Source: a virus
Lineage: Duplodnaviria; Caudoviricetes
Length of the DNA: 64,000 nucleotides
IMG/VR virus record: IMGVR_UViG_3300033463_000014
Location: 1-64,000 of that record
Direction: 5' to 3' (one strand)
This document shows, one piece after another, positions 62,201 through 64,000 of the stretch (positions are counted from its first letter, which is position 1; each line of letters opens with the position of its first letter). Below the pieces are notes generated by a model. That model ran no database searches and was not told where the DNA came from. It worked only from the letters and a program-made list of their open reading frames with translations. The translations under genes were made by a program, and so were the position numbers.

Positions 62201-63349
62201 AGGAGTAAACACCTTTCTCAGAAGCCAGTCGGCGTACTTGTCAGCGGTGAACTCCGCCCCGGCGGCCATGTGGGCCTTGTAACCGGACCTGGACGGCATG
62301 TAGACCTTCGTGAAATAGTCGATCTGGCTGTCGGACGAGTCTTGAAGCCCGTTCTTCGCGAGCCACGCCTTATAAGCATCAAGAGAGGGGCCCGTGTACT
62401 GGAAGAGCCCGCGTCCACCTCCCCCTCCCATCTGCTTAGTGGCGTAGTCGAATCTACCTCCTGTCTCCCTGTCTATGTTCGCCAGCACAGCGGCCTCTAG
62501 AATCGGGTTGTTCAGATTCTCGTGGAGCCTCTTTGCAACGTTATTGAACCTTTCGTAGACATCCACCGGACCGGCGGCTTGCTTTGGCGGGGGGATAACA
62601 ATTTTCTGCCCGATAGAGAGAACGTTCGGGTTCTTGAGGCTGTTCGCGGCGATCAGCTCTTTCAAAGGAACCTTTAGCTTTTGGGCGATACCGTAAAGCG
62701 AGTCGCCCTTCTGGACGACGTATTCGGACGGGCGATTGACAGGATTGACCTGGGCCGCCTTCTCGTTGACCTTTATCGGATCGACGATCGGAGCGACGGA
62801 CCTGTACTCGTGGAACGGCTTGGTCTTGCGGTCAGACGAGTCGATCCACTTCCTGAACTCGGCCTTGGAGACAGGCGTGATCCATCCTAGGCCATTCCAC
62901 CCCTTCTGGTAGCAGGCTAGGTAGGTCTTCTTGGCGTCCTCGACGCTGTCGAAACCGTACATGACCTTGTGCTCGTCGAACTTTCCGGTCTTGGGGTCCA
63001 CCTGGTCGATGACGAAGACGCACCCCTTCTCCGGATGGTCGGACAGGTAGATGTCCACCGGGTCGCCGTCCGTGTCTGTCGTGCCCCTGATGTCTCCGTA
63101 GTCGCATGCGAGAGCATTGCTCCACCTCGTCCCGTCCGGAGAGACCCCGGATCGGATTGACCCCTTCGGGTTCTCTATGGACACGCGGAACCCGTCGATG
63201 GACAGGTGGACCTTTCTGTAGTTCCCCGCCCTTCTCTGCCCTTCTGTGGGGTTCTCGGCTGCGTCAGGGGCTCCTGCGTTCACGGCGCGCTGCGCCGGCG
63301 AGGAGGCCTTTTTCGAGAAGATCGAGTCGATGGTTTCAAGTAGCGTCAT
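56078..63349 (-). CDS. Polyprotein (2423 aa): PPase-like + LysM + phage-tail-lysozyme-like + small insert + fused beta/beta' multisubunit-type RNA polymerase, with a cis intein and a terminal IntN
   Basis: ENPKGS..DYG..DGDPVD..DEHK; YVVQKGDSLYGIA..NPNVLSIGQKIVIP; ANIDRETGG..GLFQYT; beta motifs GRNL..FEDAIVISE, GDKL..KGVV, NPMGFLSR, HHLAEKKFSAR; beta' motifs VPVLPPMFRP, GRSVITP, RAPTWH, NADFDGD. Confidence 0.9.
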   Translation of the reverse strand: MTLLETIDSIFSKKASSPAQRAVNAGAPDAAENPTEGQRRAGNYRKVHLSIDGFRVSIENPKGSIRSGVSPDGTRWSNALACDYGDIRGTTDTDGDPVDIYLSDHPEKGCVFVIDQVDPKTGKFDEHKVMYGFDSVEDAKKTYLACYQKGWNGLGWITPVSKAEFRKWIDSSDRKTKPFHEYRSVAPIVDPIKVNEKAAQVNPVNRPSEYVVQKGDSLYGIAQKLKVPLKELIAANSLKNPNVLSIGQKIVIPPPKQAAGPVDVYERFNNVAKRLHENLNNPILEAAVLANIDRETGGRFDYATKQMGGGGGRGLFQYTGPSLDAYKAWLAKNGLQDSSDSQIDYFTKVYMPSRSGYKAHMAAGAEFTADKYADWLLRKVFTPAHTIPGNRSYSEAAVAKSAKLHSDFMKRLRRNGDVWVLNQEASNPAKTEKQAPADKAPAAKSDPAEKKSIVKTSQDRHEEDDIPAEMKEKFPIGKWVTFPHARMSGKVRKIVGYYYGGKRSNGKDYYCCWLDSPDIEEGGRFKTTGLAMYGGFGDHPGKVFNTREEAQKNLDDEETASGYKKEKSIVKTSQADDADDPMEGVPPGVRLRGFTDAPATRQAIMDNVLEAVKNRFPIENDDVRLELLDVKYEGPTSYTLEQQKRAILNNRRLGCSVAGTWRLTDKRTGKVLDERRDGVIRVPYYTDRGTIINNGSEYTVISQARLSPGVYVRRKQNGELESQFNVANGLGFRIGLDRSTGALNMSVGQGHVPLYPILSALGVSDDDMRKSWGDAVANVNIAKFDPRAVDKVYARYAGRRADMSLTPSEKASFISESLASSGLDPDVVVRTLGLENASGVTGKVMLRAAQKLLNINRGAEEPDERDNPRFSRFYGVEDMMRERIDRDSGRLTKSLLFRAKRDRSLARIARNALGPYLDTFLSGSGLAMPGEEANPMSLLTQQSRITRLGEGGISSPDLVTNEARNVQGDYLGYVDFISGPESFGIGIDVRAALGTMKGSDNRIYNKMIDMRTGKTRYVSLNDASSHTVAFPGQDPKSPNLYVMRKGVPTMVPRDEVDFMVPGFGNTVSAGINMNPMPTAVMGARQFYMSKFWEQFLPQKEGEVPLVESLTDDGKTTYGEYYGRRVGCLTAPFAGTVVKVSDNEIVLRGKDGREHTASLVKGLPFNRLSSLSFTAQVKKGDEVEEGGILANSNFTDPKTGTVTMGRNLKVAVLPAPQGTSSFEDAIVISESAAKKLATSRTYNFEQDTKNGVQIARSKFLAAFPSAYTKAQADTIGDDGVVKVGTVLHRDDPMILAIGPKMLSPENAQLGKLSGVLRNAITDRSQKWEHDWPGVVTDIVSGPHGAKVIVNSDPPVKPGDKLCPDFSLKGVVSDVIPDDKMPRDAATNEPYDMLMNPMGFLSRVAPGQIALMNLAKVAKKTGKQIRIPQLPPQEGWTAWVKRQMDENGVKESSDVFDPQTGRIIKNVGDGYAYVKAFHHLAEKKFSARGVDSAYTMDEQPAKGGDDGAKRMCFTADQPIRVLHGEESIGHIVDKKIPEYVWTRFDNGSWGYSLITNWFCRKGKMSEVLSISINYLPGSDNCSRKRVVYTGKTMHVTRQHHMYSFNKGEVLAGDLRPGDWLTTYGYVPTEDQMSILMGSMLGDGCICNINDNLCKSDRTNSLDVGCIPFYQEQHSHHQYAYVNWKIHCLGALVSSRKNTQRKSKTGFRRADGDDSHIVYFQIHRHDIAERLKNMFYRQPDGSLGRKSLVNVDLSNINDVGIAAWFLDDGCASEHTKNGVPTGSPFGAISTLNFTYEENCRLAEWLCGRLGAGVTVRTTHKTYKGVKKEYYYLGLSADACRSMARIVAKYIRPEDIPASKKWLINEVSRLYETYVGVDTAYALGSVPALVTSVRPYSDGKHGPDDEICLYDITVAKSHKYCASDCLVSNSGFDATALLSHGATDVLKDSITLRGSRNDEYWRRYRLGLPVEEPGVPFIYQKFLNTLRAGGVNVVEKGDVTSIMPQTDKDIDELAQGRVIDSSQMVDPDMNPVRGGLFDLGKTGGMGGNRWSMITLPDPVPNPMMEEPVRRVLGLTAKKMEAVLSGREELNGKTGGEALREALSKVDVDGAIEKARSEVLTRRGAQRDNAVKVLGYLKSANKMGISPSDWMISRVPVLPPMFRPVSKMGDVALVPDMNELYKELIEMKRNYEDLSRELPASALADERLAVYGAVKAAYGLGDPVTQEGRAKNLKGAVRQVIGTVPKMGMFQAKTVSKTQDLVGRSVITPNGNLSMDQIGIPEDMAWTIFRPFVERKLVQRGYSPVASKEMIDERNATARHILDDVMEERPVLMDRAPTWHKFNIMAFKPHIVKGRSINVCPLVCGAFNADFDGDQQIGSVRVSLTGKALDDFLSSKDIGCINLKFLINYHASNQKRSLGDADQKERGG
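56140..56168 (-). promoter_or_regulatory. Internal promoter TTGCAT-N17-TAAATT with downstream AGGAG RBS for the IntC ORF
   Basis: AT-rich island inside the IntN coding sequence; AAAAGGAG 8 nt before ATG 56106. Confidence 0.55.
57575..58822 (-). mobile_element. Canonical class-1 intein (416 aa) with LAGLIDADG homing endonuclease in the beta C-terminal region
   Basis: GAKRM/CFTAD start; block B VTRQH; GSMLGDG and AWFLDDG; YDITVAKSHKY..LVSN/SGFD end; lower GC than the flanks. Confidence 0.9.
61626..62005. repeat. Imperfect direct repeat (KSIVKTSQ, gtcttgac.atgctctt) flanking a ~105-aa insert in the RNAP polyprotein
   Basis: EKKSIVKTSQD at about 61975-62005 and KEKSIVKTSQAD at about 61626-61658. 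Confidence 0.75.
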
Positions 63350-63464
63350 TTCTTCACCTGTGAGTTCTCAGCGCCGGTCACCGCGTTTCCTCTCGAATAG
63401 ACCGGAACGGGCCATTTTTCGTTGAGCCGGCCATCTTTGATCGGGTAGTGTATTAAGCGGTCTT

Positions 63465-64000
63465 CTAGGTTTTGGCATTCGAGACGGTGGAAGGCTGCGG
63501 AGCCATACCTGAAAGAGCCTTGTTCACATAGTTTCTAGTGAACATCCTCCTCAATCCCAGACCGTTCATAAGCCAGCTCAGGAATCTAAACCACAGGCTC
63601 CCTCCCCTAGCCCACCCGTTATTTACGATCATTCTGTTCGTCCTGTCCTCCACCAATTGGTTCCACCCGGGGTGACTCCCATCGTTTAGGTAGCTCGTGA
63701 ACAGGTCCCCTACCCTCTTGTCGGTGGTAACCCTTCTCTGAAGCTCATTCGGATCAAGTTTGGCGAACATGCCAAGCCTGTCCTTCGGAATCATCTCAAG
63801 CATTTTTTCCCTAGCGAGACGGGTATTCGGGTTTTCAGGGTCATACGCTTTCGCTATATCCAAAAGCTTATCCTTGTTCTTCTCATCGCTTATGATACCG
63901 TATATTTCGTTTACGGCGTTACCGTATCCTGTGTCATTAGCTTCATACGCATCCTTTGGGACGAATTCCTCCTTAATTTTGTCCACGGCCCTACTGAATA
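63465..64000 (-). CDS. Hypothetical protein, probably 5'-truncated by the window edge
   Basis: Lower-GC ORF of at least 173 aa; amphipathic WFRFLSWLMNGLGL near the C-terminus. Confidence 0.5.
   Translation of the reverse strand, partial: FSRAVDKIKEEFVPKDAYEANDTGYGNAVNEIYGIISDEKNKDKLLDIAKAYDPENPNTRLAREKMLEMIPKDRLGMFAKLDPNELQRRVTTDKRVGDLFTSYLNDGSHPGWNQLVEDRTNRMIVNNGWARGGSLWFRFLSWLMNGLGLRRMFTRNYVNKALSGMAPQPSTVSNAKT

Noticed and set aside
56078-63349. Cellular rpoB/rpoC (symbols not assigned)
   Set aside because: Highly reduced and divergent, fused to LysM/lysozyme domains, no ribosomal-protein context, and embedded in virion genes
63350-63464. Possible 18-codon ORF and a CCGGTC...GACCGG inverted repeat upstream of the RNAP gene
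   Set aside because: Too short, weak RBS and only a 6-bp stem; not supportable without comparative data
930-63467. TAG reassignment (alternative genetic code), suggested by the in-frame continuation at 8047 and by TAGs at 1557 and 5116 being in frame with the next gene
   Set aside because: By manual count, about 22 of ~48 genes end in TAG at sensible C-termini (MCP, decoration, hub, tape measure). Long ORFs contain no internal TAG. The 5116 gap holds a promoter and RBS. TAG is simply a frequent stop here.
1-64000. Portal, terminase, integrase, tRNA and rRNA genes
   Set aside because: No recognisable motifs seen by eye; portal and terminase probably lie outside the window. Profile searches and a tRNA scan would be needed to exclude divergent copies.

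Overview
The window is about 64 kb of a large, GC-rich myovirus (jumbo-phage-like) genome. All of the ~49 credible genes lie on the minus strand, tightly packed. In transcription order (right to left) they are: (1) a 2423-aa polyprotein with an inorganic-pyrophosphatase-like domain, LysM, a phage-tail-lysozyme-like domain and a fused beta/beta' RNA polymerase. It carries one canonical LAGLIDADG intein and a second, split and chemically atypical intein-like element placed directly after the catalytic NADFDGD motif. (2) A YceK-like lipoprotein and lower-GC candidate internal head proteins. (3) Prohead protease, scaffold, decoration protein and major capsid protein. (4) Adaptor, neck and terminator proteins, then sheath, tube and spike. 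(5) A tail chaperone with a -1 slippery site, tape measure protein and hub. (6) A sigma-70-family gene embedded in the baseplate genes. (7) Five paralogous Cys-rich NEN..R.YP proteins and a repeat/poly-Ser protein. (8) Two tandem three-domain glycosyltransferases (GT8 + GT-A + Stealth). Head-module proteins and the RNAP linkers are rich in K-x-A/S motifs, which may be protease cleavage sites. Ser/Gly-rich patches decorate many virion proteins. Sigma70-type promoters precede many structural genes. I saw no portal, terminase, integrase, tRNA, rRNA or CRISPR array. All calls come from motif recognition and synteny by eye; no database searches were run.
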